Assembly (NCBI GenBank): GCA_902800045.1
Contig: CADCCZ010000001.1
Location: forward strand, 537,346-601,345
DNA: 64,000 nucleotides
Reading direction: 5' to 3'
DNA from: an uncultured Bacteroidia bacterium
GTDB lineage: Bacteria; Bacteroidota; Bacteroidia; Bacteroidales; ML635J-15
The notes under the pieces were generated by a model, which was not told the origin of the DNA, did not search any database, and saw only the letters and a program-made list of their open reading frames with translations. Both the position numbers and the translations under genes were made by a program. This document shows positions 1 through 10,482 of the stretch, piece after piece; the first letter of the stretch is position 1; every line of letters starts with the position of its first letter.

Positions 1-2
1 TT

Positions 3-2510
3 ATTGATGACTATGAAGAAGCAGGGAAAGATATTGATGAAATAAAATCGAAGTTCTCGGCTCTCGGCTACGGCGGTTCCACAGTAGGAGCAGGAGGCGG
101 TGGAGGAACTGGCGATGGCGGTGATGATGCTGCTTTGACTGGCAAGAAAAGGCTTGAAAAGGAATTGGCAGACTTGCGAGAAAACTTTGAAAAGACAGAA
201 AGGACTGCTGCTGACTTTAGGCAGAAGAAAGCGGCATACGCAAAGGAATACATTAGGCTTACAAGGGAAATTGCAGACTACGACATTAACACCAGCAATG
301 GCGGTGGTAATGATGACAAGTTCAACGAAGAACTGAAAGCAATGTCCAACTTCTACAAGGATGCCCTTTCTCTTATGCAATCGACGGACAGCGACTTGCA
401 GGAGGAAGGTAGGACTATGTACGAGGAGTTTGTTTCCAAATATGGTGCTGCTTCGTTATCGGAAGCACTTCGCACTATGCTCGAGAACGAAACTAACAAC
501 GAGCATAAGAAGACCATTGCTCTAATGCTGAATGACGAAACTAAAATTAACGACGAATATCTCAAGAAGCGTAGCGACATTGCAAAGAGGTTTGCCGAGA
601 AGAACAGCAGCATTGACGAAATGAGAATGAAGTTCATAATGGAAAGCGATGCATCTACATTGGATGCAAAGATTAACTTTATGAAGGAGCAGAACGAAAA
701 GGACTTGGCAAAGACAAAGGAAAACATTGACAAATACCTTGAAGAACTTGAAAAGATTGCACAGGAGCGCGACAGAGCTGAATATGCTGCCATGCACCCA
801 GAAGCAACAAGAAACGATATTGACAGTTATGTAAATTCCAAGAGTGAAGAACGAAAGTCAGAACTTGAAGAACGTAAGGCAAATCTCAACAAGGATGCAA
901 AGAACTATTATGACAGGCAACTTCTTGACAATGAATCCAAACTTTGGGACGAGCAACTGAAAAAATACAAGTCCTTTACCGACAAGTATGTCCAGTTAAC
1001 CAAGGAGAAGAATGATAAAGTGAAGAACCTTGAGAAGAAGGGCGCAAACCAGTCTGTCATTGATGCAGTGAACAAGGACTACGACGAGCAATTGAAGGCT
1101 TTGTCGGAAGGACTTGACCCACAGCAGGTGAAAGAACTTACAGACACTCTCAACGGTATGCTCGGGATGAGCCTTGAGCAGATGATTGACCTTTCGAAGA
1201 AACTCGGCGAGGAGTTGAAGGACACTACTGATTCCGACAAGACAGAGAAACTACAACGGATGAAGGCCGCCCTCGACAAACTCATACAGACTATTACAGA
1301 AACTCCAGAGGAGAAAAGCGGTCTCCAGACTTTGATGGAAGGAGTTTTCGGCAAAGACCCGCAGGAGTTCATCAACAATGTAAAGGAGGCTTATGATGCC
1401 ATAACATCGCTTATAGGTGCAATGGGCGACCTTAACGATGTAGAGGCTATCAATATGGAGACAGGCTCGAAGATTCTCGGCGATATGGCAAGCGTTGTTG
1501 CCAACATAGCAAGTGAAAACTATGTAGGTGCGGCAGTTTCAGCAATCTCAATAATCACAGACACACTTGAAGGCAATACGAGAGCTGCAAAGGCAAAGTT
1601 CCAAGCCACACTTGACGGATGGGAGCATTACGCAGATGTGAACATCAAGAAGATAAAGAGGCATATTGACGAACTGAACGAATCACGCGACAATGTAGTG
1701 GGTATTGAGCAGTACATAAAGTCAAGGGTTATTGTCACGGACTACCAGAAGGAAATCCGAGTTCTTGAAAGGCAGAAGGAAGAATTGCAGAAACTCCTTG
1801 AACAGAGCAATCTCACAGACGAGCAGAGGGAACAGGTAGAGGAGCAGATTGCAGACATTGACGACCAAATCTACGAAACAGAGAAGGCTATTACTGCAGA
1901 GAAAGAAAAGCAGATGGAGCAACTTACTGGCTACTCCAATAGTGCGGAAGCTGTAACAGCATTTGGTGATGCAATCATAAGCGCTTGGGAGAATGGAACG
2001 AGTGCTGCAGATTCTGCACTAGGCACTTGGGAGGATATGATAAAGCAGTTTGCAAAGCAGAAGTTCCTGTCCGACTTTATGAGCAAGCAGTTCGAGGGCA
2101 TATTCAACGAATACTACGACTTGATAGATGGCGGTAATATGATTTCGGAAGAACAGCAGGAGAATTTCAGAAACCAGATTACAGAACTTGCCGAGAACGG
2201 AAAGGAGTTCTACAACAGCCTGATGGAATCAATGGGCATTGCCAACGACATAGCGCTTGAAGGAACGAAGGGAAGCGGAATTGCAAAGGCATCGCAAGAG
2301 AGCATAGACGAACTTAACGGCAGGTTCTTGTCTGTTCAGATGTTCACGTCAAGCATTAGCGGTTCGGTTGAAAGGCTATACCAGAACAGCACAAGCATAA
2401 TGCGCGATGTGTCCGACATACGAGGATTCCAAGAGAACATCAGCAGAAAGATTGACTCGATGAATGGTTATATGCAAGATATTGTTAACAATGGAATAAG
2501 AATGAACTGA
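3..2510 (+). CDS. phage tail tape measure protein (5' end outside window)
   Basis: The frame is open from nt 3, so the TTG at 135 in the ORF track is internal. A Gly-rich stretch (GGSTVGAGGGGGTGDGGDD) is followed by about 750 aa of Lys/Glu-rich coiled-coil-like sequence. Size and position before two tail ORFs fit a tape measure protein. Confidence 0.7.
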   Translation: MDDYEEAGKDIDEIKSKFSALGYGGSTVGAGGGGGTGDGGDDAALTGKKRLEKELADLRENFEKTERTAADFRQKKAAYAKEYIRLTREIADYDINTSNGGGNDDKFNEELKAMSNFYKDALSLMQSTDSDLQEEGRTMYEEFVSKYGAASLSEALRTMLENETNNEHKKTIALMLNDETKINDEYLKKRSDIAKRFAEKNSSIDEMRMKFIMESDASTLDAKINFMKEQNEKDLAKTKENIDKYLEELEKIAQERDRAEYAAMHPEATRNDIDSYVNSKSEERKSELEERKANLNKDAKNYYDRQLLDNESKLWDEQLKKYKSFTDKYVQLTKEKNDKVKNLEKKGANQSVIDAVNKDYDEQLKALSEGLDPQQVKELTDTLNGMLGMSLEQMIDLSKKLGEELKDTTDSDKTEKLQRMKAALDKLIQTITETPEEKSGLQTLMEGVFGKDPQEFINNVKEAYDAITSLIGAMGDLNDVEAINMETGSKILGDMASVVANIASENYVGAAVSAISIITDTLEGNTRAAKAKFQATLDGWEHYADVNIKKIKRHIDELNESRDNVVGIEQYIKSRVIVTDYQKEIRVLERQKEELQKLLEQSNLTDEQREQVEEQIADIDDQIYETEKAITAEKEKQMEQLTGYSNSAEAVTAFGDAIISAWENGTSAADSALGTWEDMIKQFAKQKFLSDFMSKQFEGIFNEYYDLIDGGNMISEEQQENFRNQITELAENGKEFYNSLMESMGIANDIALEGTKGSGIAKASQESIDELNGRFLSVQMFTSSISGSVERLYQNSTSIMRDVSDIRGFQENISRKIDSMNGYMQDIVNNGIRMN

Positions 2511-2511
2511 T

Positions 2512-3672
2512 ATGGCGGCTATTAACATTTACCCGATATACGACAGCAGTCAGGATTTGCTACAGGAAATCAGACCTGTAATTCCTGTATTGCCGGCAGA
2601 GAATATTCCTGCAATACTTATAGACGGCTACGACATAGCGCAGGAATATGGCGTTTACCTTGCCGATGGCAGCTATGCCAAAATATTGCAGTTCCCAAAC
2701 TCGAAGGGCGTTCAGTACAACGAATGGGACGAACACAGCGGACTTGATGTTGATTTCAACAGAGTCTTGCTCCCTGCAAGCAAAACATTCGACCTGACAT
2801 TCTACTGCAAGAAAAGTCAGTACGACAGCTTTGAGGCATTTCATTCATTTATGACAGCAAGTGCAACTCACACCTTGACCTACTTTGGTGCTTCGGCAAC
2901 GGATGCGTTTCCGCCTATCACATTGCGCATTGTAAATCCAAAGGTCAACTATGTTAGCGAATTTCAAGAACTCGCCACACAGCATTCCATTACCTACACT
3001 TTCACTATTGACAAGCCGAGCATACCAGTCAATGTTCAAACTTGCACTTGGGATGGAAGTGCATATATACGAACATTTAGCATAAATCCTGCTTGGCTCG
3101 ACAGCGATGTAATAGACCAGCAGACAGGAAATCACTTGAAGTATAACGGACAGCCATTTTATATTGGCAGATCTGTAACTAATGGAGGTGTAGCCTTGAT
3201 AAATTCGTTGAGGTATGGCGTGTGCTTGCTACGAGGGACAAGTTTATCGGTGCAGGGAAAGCCATCGTTGAAAACAAGCTACGACATCACATCGGAATTT
3301 TCAGCAGGGCAGACTATAAGGGCATTGACAAGCACGGCAGGTTATTCGATAACTCTCAACTGCCTGCTACGGGCACCATCGCGACTGATTTTCTGGATTA
3401 ACTACCAAGCCTTGCTGTGGGAGTTGTTCAGAGGTTTAGTTCCAACAGAATATACTGGTGGAGTTTCTGACGGAGATACAATGGAAAATCTGTTCGGATT
3501 TTGGCAGTATATTCGTTTAGACATAGGGTATAAAAAGACCTTGCAACTCCAATGCTACTACGAATCGTGCAACAGCAAAAAATTCCACATACAGAAGAAT
3601 GGCAATTACACTCAGATATACTGGGATTTCTCGTTGACATTCAAAGTTTATAACACACCAACATTAGTTTAG
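2512..3672 (+). CDS. hypothetical phage tail protein (distal tail protein position)
   Basis: This 386-aa ORF starts 2 nt after the tape measure stop. The assignment rests on synteny only; I recognise no diagnostic motif. Confidence 0.45.
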   Translation: MAAINIYPIYDSSQDLLQEIRPVIPVLPAENIPAILIDGYDIAQEYGVYLADGSYAKILQFPNSKGVQYNEWDEHSGLDVDFNRVLLPASKTFDLTFYCKKSQYDSFEAFHSFMTASATHTLTYFGASATDAFPPITLRIVNPKVNYVSEFQELATQHSITYTFTIDKPSIPVNVQTCTWDGSAYIRTFSINPAWLDSDVIDQQTGNHLKYNGQPFYIGRSVTNGGVALINSLRYGVCLLRGTSLSVQGKPSLKTSYDITSEFSAGQTIRALTSTAGYSITLNCLLRAPSRLIFWINYQALLWELFRGLVPTEYTGGVSDGDTMENLFGFWQYIRLDIGYKKTLQLQCYYESCNSKKFHIQKNGNYTQIYWDFSLTFKVYNTPTLV

Positions 3673-3673
3673 T

Positions 3674-6097
3674 ATGACAAAGATTTATCCGCCTAAGTAT
3701 TTGGAAACTGGCATGGCGAACAATGAGCCGACTTTTCCGCAAGGCTACGAAATAGTAGAGATTGAAGCAGACGATAGTTCCTATTATCAGGACAGCTACC
3801 AGAACAGCACATTCATTGAGTTGCACTTCAAGTTAGACCACTACTACGACTTCAAGAAGTATTCGCGGTTGGAGCATCATCTAGACAATACCTATGGACT
3901 TGGTGGCGCATCAAACGGCAATCGTGCAATGGACCACATTGTAACACTTGAAGAGCCTACATTCACAAAGCATTCTGACACCTATTACGAATACACATTG
4001 AAGTTTTACAATGGAGAACGCGAAAAATACTTCCGAAGGTTTGTAAAGGATCCGCAGACAAGAGAAACTACATTCTCTCTAACTGGAACAGAGTTGCAAC
4101 ATCTGGAATGTATAATAAGGAGTATTGTCACGGGCTGGAATATTGACGATGTGATGATGCAGGTGTATCTTGGTCAGTTCACAGGAATAGCATATAAGTC
4201 CAATTATCAGGGTTCTGACACTTGGAATGCTACACCGTTCTGGCAAGCAAGCGAAGAAATGAAGACAATTTCCTACGATAATACGACTTGTGCGGATGCA
4301 CTTGAGCAGTTGTCGGAACAATACGGACACGCTTACAACTATAACTTTGAGTTCTTGTCTTATTTCTATATTCCCAATGGCGTTCTCAATAGGCCTTGGG
4401 TTGACCAGAGCGGCAAATATGGATTTAGGCTGTACTCGGACACGGCAGAGAATAACACAGCCTTAATGTATGGCAAGAACAATGGCTTGAAGTCAATCAA
4501 GGCAACTGGAGTTTCAGATATTGTAGATATTTTGTTTGTCAATGGTTCTGAAAAGAATCTTATCATAGACCGCAATAATGCCAATCACTACGATTCAGAT
4601 ACGCTCCACATGCCGAAAGCGACTAACGGACACAAGGCAATCTTACTTTACAATGGCGATAGTTTTCTTCCAGCGACTGGTGTCTATAGGGAGAATGACG
4701 GACATTCAGTTCCGTCTGGATATACTGAATATGTTGCTTCTGCCATTGGAAAGTCGGTAATGAAACTCGGAACTAACAACACATACGGCAGGGAGGAATC
4801 GGCTAGTTTCCCAGATGTATATCCAAGCAGGGTAGGTACTGTAAATTCAGTATCTGTCAACAGCAACGGAATATACAGCATTTTTGATTCTGCAATAGAT
4901 TCTGAATACCATGTTCCAGATGGCGTCACAGATCCGTTAACCATCATCTTTCAGGACGGAGCATTGGCTGGTATAGAATTTGAGTGCAGAAATGGAGAAG
5001 CCTCAAGTTACATCTTTACATCATATTCAACTCCGAATACAGAGTTTGTTCAACAGTTGAGCAACACATATTCAAAGGTTGTAAAGAGTTTTACTCTTTC
5101 AGAAGATAGCGACGTGTTATTGAGTTTCAAACCAAAATTTGAACTGATAACTGGAAGATTTAATCAGCTTAGTGACTTTTATGCAAGATGTTATTTAAAG
5201 AAAGGCAATACAACTCTTTATACTTGGTATGCAGGATATTCATATTATCTTGAATATGTTGAAGATGAGATAGGACCATATACAGAACTTCACATAACAG
5301 ATAGCGATAATGACGACATTAGACTTACTACTAGTCTTACTGCTGGAAGTTATGATATAGTTATAGAACTTACATCGGCATTTAGTCCTACAATATCTGC
5401 TTATGTGTTGGCCTACATCTACGGTATGGCACAGGCGACCTATAATTGCAATCTCCAGATAGTCCCCAAGGAGATAGGAGAAGAAACCTTGCCAAATTCC
5501 ACATTGCACCCAGCAGTAGGTGACCACTATGTAATAGTTAATTGTGAAATGCCGACATCGTATGTTACAGAAGCAGAAATCAATTTATTCAAGGAGGCAG
5601 TAAAGCAGTTGGCGGAATATCAGGAAGACGGTACAACCTATTCGGTAGATATTGACGGCAAGTTCATGAACAACCACGACACAATCAATCGCGGACTAAG
5701 TTCCGGACTATGCTTGAAGATACAGGACAGTTCGTTTATGACGCCAGCGCGTACTTTCAGGATAGTCAATGTTAAGCGTCCCTATAACAATGAAAACTCT
5801 CCGACAATAGAGATTAGCAATGTAAGGAAAAAGAAAAGCAGGATTGATGGATTTACACATTCGATAATTGATCTAGGAGTTGCCATTGCGGATAACTTTG
5901 AAAGGATTTCTGCGAATAACGCCCAGCAGAAAAGTACGAAACAAGAACTTCAACGGTCAATAGAAAGTGCCAATTTCAATCAGTCTGTACTTAATCTGAA
6001 ACAGATAGATATTAAGAACGAGCAGGCATCAATGGACAAGCGAATTACAGAGAATGAATCGCAGATACAACAGTTATGGAAAGCGATTGGAAAGTAG
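3674..6097 (+). CDS. hypothetical phage tail-associated / host-specificity protein with C-terminal coiled coil
   Basis: This 807-aa ORF starts 2 nt after the previous stop. Its C-terminus (QQKSTKQELQRSIES...ITENESQIQQLWKAIGK) is heptad-like. It is the last gene before the terminator and tRNA. The assignment is by synteny. Confidence 0.45.
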   Translation: MTKIYPPKYLETGMANNEPTFPQGYEIVEIEADDSSYYQDSYQNSTFIELHFKLDHYYDFKKYSRLEHHLDNTYGLGGASNGNRAMDHIVTLEEPTFTKHSDTYYEYTLKFYNGEREKYFRRFVKDPQTRETTFSLTGTELQHLECIIRSIVTGWNIDDVMMQVYLGQFTGIAYKSNYQGSDTWNATPFWQASEEMKTISYDNTTCADALEQLSEQYGHAYNYNFEFLSYFYIPNGVLNRPWVDQSGKYGFRLYSDTAENNTALMYGKNNGLKSIKATGVSDIVDILFVNGSEKNLIIDRNNANHYDSDTLHMPKATNGHKAILLYNGDSFLPATGVYRENDGHSVPSGYTEYVASAIGKSVMKLGTNNTYGREESASFPDVYPSRVGTVNSVSVNSNGIYSIFDSAIDSEYHVPDGVTDPLTIIFQDGALAGIEFECRNGEASSYIFTSYSTPNTEFVQQLSNTYSKVVKSFTLSEDSDVLLSFKPKFELITGRFNQLSDFYARCYLKKGNTTLYTWYAGYSYYLEYVEDEIGPYTELHITDSDNDDIRLTTSLTAGSYDIVIELTSAFSPTISAYVLAYIYGMAQATYNCNLQIVPKEIGEETLPNSTLHPAVGDHYVIVNCEMPTSYVTEAEINLFKEAVKQLAEYQEDGTTYSVDIDGKFMNNHDTINRGLSSGLCLKIQDSSFMTPARTFRIVNVKRPYNNENSPTIEISNVRKKKSRIDGFTHSIIDLGVAIADNFERISANNAQQKSTKQELQRSIESANFNQSVLNLKQIDIKNEQASMDKRITENESQIQQLWKAIGK

Positions 6098-6110
6098 GGG
6101 AACTAAAGCA

Positions 6111-6140
6111 AAATAGTCCGGATTTTAGTCCGGACTATTT
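6111..6140 (+). terminator. rho-independent terminator hairpin after the tail gene
   Basis: AAATAGTCCGG-attttag-CCGGACTATTT is a perfect 11-bp inverted repeat lying 14 nt after the stop codon. Confidence 0.75.
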
Positions 6141-6168
6141 GTAACTTGTTGATTTTCAACCTTGGTTG

Positions 6169-6241
6169 TGGTACCTCCTGGAATTGAACCAGGGACACCA
6201 GGATTTTCAGTCCTGTGCTCTACCAACTGAGCTAAGGTACC
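6169..6241 (-). tRNA. tRNA-Phe (anticodon GAA)
   Basis: The reverse complement GGTACCTTAGCTCAGTTGGTAGAGCACAGGACTGAAAATCCTGGTGTCCCTGGTTCAATTCCAGGAGGTACCA folds as a cloverleaf. It has a 7-bp acceptor stem, anticodon loop CTGAAAA and T-loop GGTTCAATTCC. CCA is not encoded. Confidence 0.93.
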
Positions 6242-6258
6242 AGTCAATTTTGCGGTTG

Positions 6259-6266
6259 CAAAGGTA
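6259..6266 (-). promoter_or_regulatory. Bacteroidetes -7 promoter box (TACCTTTG) for tRNA-Phe
   Basis: The minus strand reads TACCTTTG, which matches TAnnTTTG, about 18 nt upstream of the tRNA 5' end. Confidence 0.55.
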
Positions 6267-6472
6267 TGGCAAATTTTGGAACTGACAAAATTTTATTTCA
6301 AAAAATGTTGATTTTTTTGAGAGATAGATGTATGTGTATTGTAATACAAAGAATTAAGAAAAATAATTGATGATAAAAATGTTGCAATAGAATCGAAAAT
6401 CGTCATTTGTAACCATTAGCTCGGGTTTGCCAAATCGTAAATTTACTTTATTTTTGCACAAAATTTACCAAA

Positions 6473-7690
6473 GTGTACGAGACAATTACATTAGGCAACG
6501 GAATTCGTATAATACACTACCGAGTGAAGTCGGATGTGGCACATTGCTGCATGCTGATGAACACAGGTACCCGCGACGAAAGTGAACGTCAACTGGGAAT
6601 AGCACATTTTACCGAACACATGCTTTTCAAGGGAACGCAGAAACGCAAGGCTTATCATCTGCTCAACCGTATGGAATCGGTTGGTGGTGAGGTAGATGCA
6701 TATACAACCAAAGAGGAAACCTGTGTGTCGTCGAGTTTTATGGTTGAATTCTATGATAGGGCAATAGAACTCTTAAACGATATAATTTTCTGCTCGGTTT
6801 TTCCGCAGCGCGAAATCGAAAAAGAACGCGATGTGATTGTGGATGAAATAAATACGTATAAGGACAATCCTTCCGAAAATATTTTCGATGAGTTCGAGTC
6901 GGCAATGTTTGCAAACCATACGCTCGGACATAATATCTTGGGTACTAAAAAGTCGTTGTCGAAGTTCAAAACTAATGATTTTCTTGATTTCGTGTCGGAA
7001 AAGTATAACACCGACCAGATGGTTTTCTGTTCTATTGGCGACATCGATTTCCGCAGGTTGATTCATCTTTGTGAAAAGCATTTTGGACAGAATGCGGCTA
7101 AATTGCGTGGTTTTGAACGTGTCCCATTTTCTGGTAGGACAAAGTTCGACAATGTGGTGCGAAAGAAAAGCCTTCAGGCTAACACGATTATAGGCAATTA
7201 CTGTTATTCTTACAGCGATCCGAAACGTGTACCTATGTTTTTGGTTTCCAATATATTGGCAGGACCAGGAATGAATTCGCGTCTGAATATGCAACTTCGT
7301 GAGCACCATGGACTTTCGTATAATATTGAATCCAACTTTACAACATATCAGGACACAGGCCTGTTTAGTATTTTCTTCAGTTCCGATCACGAAAAGGTTG
7401 ATTTTGCTGTAGATATGATTTTCCGCGAACTCGATAACATGAGGAATAACAAGTTGGGAACCTTGCAGTTGTCGCGGGCAAAAAAACAATTGATTGGTCA
7501 GGTCGCAATAGAATGCAGTTCCAATTCAAATCTGCTGTTCCCAACGGCTAAGTCGTTCATGAATTATGGAAAGGCAGAAACTTTTAAGGAGACTGTCGCT
7601 CTTATCGAGGCTATAACTGCGCAGGATGTCATGGAGGTGTCAAACGAGATTTTTGTACGCGACGATTTTTCGTCAATTAAATACCTATAA
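6473..7690 (+). CDS. M16 (pitrilysin/insulinase) family zinc peptidase
   Basis: It carries the inverted zinc motif HFTEHMLFKGT (HxxEH) near the N-terminus and has the ~400-aa two-domain length. A TATTTTTG box lies about 18 nt upstream of the GTG start. Confidence 0.85.
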   Translation: MYETITLGNGIRIIHYRVKSDVAHCCMLMNTGTRDESERQLGIAHFTEHMLFKGTQKRKAYHLLNRMESVGGEVDAYTTKEETCVSSSFMVEFYDRAIELLNDIIFCSVFPQREIEKERDVIVDEINTYKDNPSENIFDEFESAMFANHTLGHNILGTKKSLSKFKTNDFLDFVSEKYNTDQMVFCSIGDIDFRRLIHLCEKHFGQNAAKLRGFERVPFSGRTKFDNVVRKKSLQANTIIGNYCYSYSDPKRVPMFLVSNILAGPGMNSRLNMQLREHHGLSYNIESNFTTYQDTGLFSIFFSSDHEKVDFAVDMIFRELDNMRNNKLGTLQLSRAKKQLIGQVAIECSSNSNLLFPTAKSFMNYGKAETFKETVALIEAITAQDVMEVSNEIFVRDDFSSIKYL

Positions 7691-7694
7691 TTAT

Positions 7695-8336
7695 ATGTCT
7701 CAAGAAGAATTGCGTTTCGAATATATTGAAAGCTTTGGTTGTGCAGATGATGACTTGCTTCGTGCTCTTGAGCGTGAAACTGCTCTTACTCAGATACATC
7801 CAAAGATGATTTCGGGTTGCTATCAAGGGCATTTGCTTGCGATGCTCATCGAAATGACTGGAGCTAAACGTGTACTTGAAATTGGAACTTTTTCGGGTTA
7901 TTCAGCAATTTGCATGGCAAGGGCTTTGCCGGTCGACGGACAATTGGTAACAATTGAGGTTGACGATGAAATTGAATGGCTTTCGTCGAAATACTTCCAG
8001 AAGGCTGGTTTGCAGGACAAGATTACGGCCATTGTTGGCGATGCATCAAAGGTTGTTCCGACTCTCGAAGGTCAGTTCGACATGGTTTTCATCGATGGCG
8101 ACAAGCGAGAATATATTTCGTATTTCGATGCGGTTTTGCCAAAACTTGCACCTAATGGAACCATTATTGCCGACAATGTAATATGGTACGACAAGATTTT
8201 TGGTGAAACAGCATCCAACGACCACATGACGCATGGCATACAGGCGTTTAACGAATATATTTCTAAACGTGCCGATGTCGAGAAGATTATTCTTCCTGTT
8301 CGCGATGGTTTGATGCTTATAAGACGTAAAAAATAA
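7695..8336 (+). CDS. class I SAM-dependent O-methyltransferase (caffeoyl-CoA OMT-like)
   Basis: It has the SAM-binding motif VLEIGTFSGYS and the downstream acidic motif VFIDGDK, at 213 aa. I chose the ATG at 7695; the ORF-track start at 7626 would overlap the upstream gene. Confidence 0.8.
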   Translation: MSQEELRFEYIESFGCADDDLLRALERETALTQIHPKMISGCYQGHLLAMLIEMTGAKRVLEIGTFSGYSAICMARALPVDGQLVTIEVDDEIEWLSSKYFQKAGLQDKITAIVGDASKVVPTLEGQFDMVFIDGDKREYISYFDAVLPKLAPNGTIIADNVIWYDKIFGETASNDHMTHGIQAFNEYISKRADVEKIILPVRDGLMLIRRKK

Positions 8337-8362
8337 ACCTACGCCATTTTATGACGTAGGTT
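8336..8362. terminator. bidirectional terminator between convergent genes
   Basis: AACCTACG-ccattttatga-CGTAGGTT forms an 8-bp stem, flanked by an A-run on the left and a T-rich stretch on the right. Confidence 0.65.
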
Positions 8363-8383
8363 CTATTTTGTATAAATCACGAT

Positions 8384-10204
8384 TTATTCTTCTTCGATTC
8401 CCTTTTCTCTTGCAGCACGTTTGCGTTCGAGCTGGTTGAGGATAATCTTTCTCAGTCGCATCGACTTAGGTGTGATCTCAATCATTTCGTCCTCGTTGAT
8501 GTATTCCATAGCTTCTTCGAGGGAGAAACGCACTGGCGGGGCAATCTGAACCTTTTCGTCGGAACCGGCTGCACGTACGTTCGAAAGTTTCTTGGTCTTG
8601 GTTACGTTTACGCCAATGTCGTTGTAGCGCGTATTTTCACCGATAATCTGACCTTCGTAAACCTCTTCGCCAGGGTAGATGAAGAATTTGCCGCGGTCTT
8701 GCAACTTGTCGATGGAGTAGGGGATTGCCTGTCCTGTTTCGATGGCGATAAGCGAACCGTTGCGACGAATGCCGAGTTCGCCCTTCCAAGGTTCAAATGC
8801 ATCGAAGCGGTGTGACATTACTGCTTCACCCTCGGTGGCGGTAAGAAGGACGTTTCTCATACCTATAAGTCCGCGCGAAGGAATGCGGAAATCAAGATTG
8901 CTGCGGTCGTTGCGGCTTTCGATGTTTACGATTTCGCCCTTGCGCTGGGTTACTATTTCGATAACCTTTCCTGCAAAGTCGTCGGGAACCTGAATCGAGA
9001 GTTCTTCAACAGGTTCGCATTTCTGACCATTTATTTCCTTGATGATTACGCGAGGCTGACCGAGTTGCAGTTCAAAACCTTCGCGGCGCATGGTTTCAAC
9101 AAGAATCGACAAGTGCAGAATGCCTCGTCCGAAAACGGTAAACTTGTCTGCCGAGTCGGTATCTTCGACGCGCAGTGCGAGGTTCTTTTCGGTTTCCTTG
9201 TAAAGACGTTCGCGCAACTGACGTGAAGTTACATATTTACCTTCGCGGCCGAAGAACGGAGAGTCGTTGCTTGCGAAGAGCATACTCATTGTCGGTTCAT
9301 CAACCTTTATTGTGCTCAGCGGTTCGGGTTCAAGGTTGTCGCATACGGTATCGCCGATGTCGAACGATTCAAGTCCGAGCAGAGCGCAAATTTCGCCAGC
9401 CATGACAGGTTCCTTTGTCTTTTCTTTTGCAAGACCTTCGAAGCGGTAAAGTTCCTTGATGGTTGACTTTATGATGGTTCCGTCGCCCTTGGCTACCGAA
9501 ACCACGTCGCCAGCCTTTATGCTTCCGCGTGTTACCTTGCCGATTGCAATACGGCCGGTATATGACGAGTAGTCGAGGCTGGTGATTCGCATCTGCAGTG
9601 AACCTTCGGGGTATTGCTGAGGCTTTATGGTGTCGATTATGACGTCGAGCAAGTACGAAACATCGTTGGTCGGTGTCTTGAAGTCCGGTCCCATCCAACC
9701 TTGCTTTGCCGAACCGTAAACTACTGGGAAGTCGAGCTGATCGTCGTCGGCGTCGAGACTGCACATAAGTTCGAAGACCTTTTCGACGGTTTCTTCGGGG
9801 TTGCAGTTTGGCTTGTCGACTTTATTTACAACAACGATGGGCTTCAGTTTCAATTCCAATGCCTTTTGCAAAACAAATCGAGTCTGCGGCATAGGACCTT
9901 CGAATGCGTCGACTATCAGCAGTACGCCGTCGGCCATATTCAGCACTCGTTCAACCTCGCCGCCGAAGTCGGAGTGGCCAGGAGTGTCGATTATGTTGAT
10001 TTTTACATCTTTGTATCTTACAGAAACGTTCTTCGAGAGGATTGTAATGCCTCGTTCGCGTTCGAGTTCGTTGCTGTCGAGAATGAGTTCGCCAACCTTC
10101 TGGTTGTCTCTGAAAAGTTTTCCCTGATACAAAATTCTGTCAACTAGTGTGGTTTTGCCGTGGTCAACGTGTGCAATGATTGCTATGTTTCTAATATCTT
10201 CCAT
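8384..10204 (-). CDS. typA: translational GTPase TypA/BipA
   Basis: MEDIRNIAIIAHVDHGKTTLVD (G1), DTPGHSDF (G3) and NKVD (G4) are present, with EF-G-like length and architecture. The start is taken at the ATG at 10204; the 31 upstream codons of the ORF look non-coding. Confidence 0.93.
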   Translation of the reverse strand: MEDIRNIAIIAHVDHGKTTLVDRILYQGKLFRDNQKVGELILDSNELERERGITILSKNVSVRYKDVKINIIDTPGHSDFGGEVERVLNMADGVLLIVDAFEGPMPQTRFVLQKALELKLKPIVVVNKVDKPNCNPEETVEKVFELMCSLDADDDQLDFPVVYGSAKQGWMGPDFKTPTNDVSYLLDVIIDTIKPQQYPEGSLQMRITSLDYSSYTGRIAIGKVTRGSIKAGDVVSVAKGDGTIIKSTIKELYRFEGLAKEKTKEPVMAGEICALLGLESFDIGDTVCDNLEPEPLSTIKVDEPTMSMLFASNDSPFFGREGKYVTSRQLRERLYKETEKNLALRVEDTDSADKFTVFGRGILHLSILVETMRREGFELQLGQPRVIIKEINGQKCEPVEELSIQVPDDFAGKVIEIVTQRKGEIVNIESRNDRSNLDFRIPSRGLIGMRNVLLTATEGEAVMSHRFDAFEPWKGELGIRRNGSLIAIETGQAIPYSIDKLQDRGKFFIYPGEEVYEGQIIGENTRYNDIGVNVTKTKKLSNVRAAGSDEKVQIAPPVRFSLEEAMEYINEDEMIEITPKSMRLRKIILNQLERKRAAREKGIEEE

Positions 10205-10482
10205 CGTGTAAAAAAATGTGGGCGCAAAATTACAAAAAAAATCGTTATGGTAGTGTGTTGATTTGTTTCTATTTTCAAGTTTTGGAATAAGTTGCAAAAG
10301 AGAGACCCGAAATACTTGATTTTTTTGTGATGACGTGTGTTTTGTTGGTGTTTTATAGGTTAGCTTTGGTTAAGATTGCTATTTTATATCTGTTGAAAAG
10401 TAGTTTGTTATAATTGAAAAATGATGTTTTCGACAACAGAAAAAAGATGTAATTTTGTCGCAAAATAAAATTATTATTACGT

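Larger units (their letters stand above)
1..6140 (+). mobile_element. terminal part of a prophage (tail morphogenesis module), boundary next to tRNA-Phe
   Basis: Three large co-directional ORFs with 1-2 nt gaps follow the TMP / distal-tail / tail-associated order. They end in a strong terminator 28 bp from the 3' end of tRNA-Phe. The rest of the element lies upstream of the window. Confidence 0.6.

Noticed and set aside
10205-10297. N-terminal extensions given in the ORF track: typA 10297, methyltransferase 7626, NifX-like 50682, rsmA 32848, ATPase 52159, DUF59 16692 and hypothetical 37672
   Set aside because: In each case the family-typical N-terminus begins at an internal ATG. The extension overlaps an upstream gene, a TAnnTTTG promoter box or obviously non-coding sequence, so I trimmed the starts accordingly.
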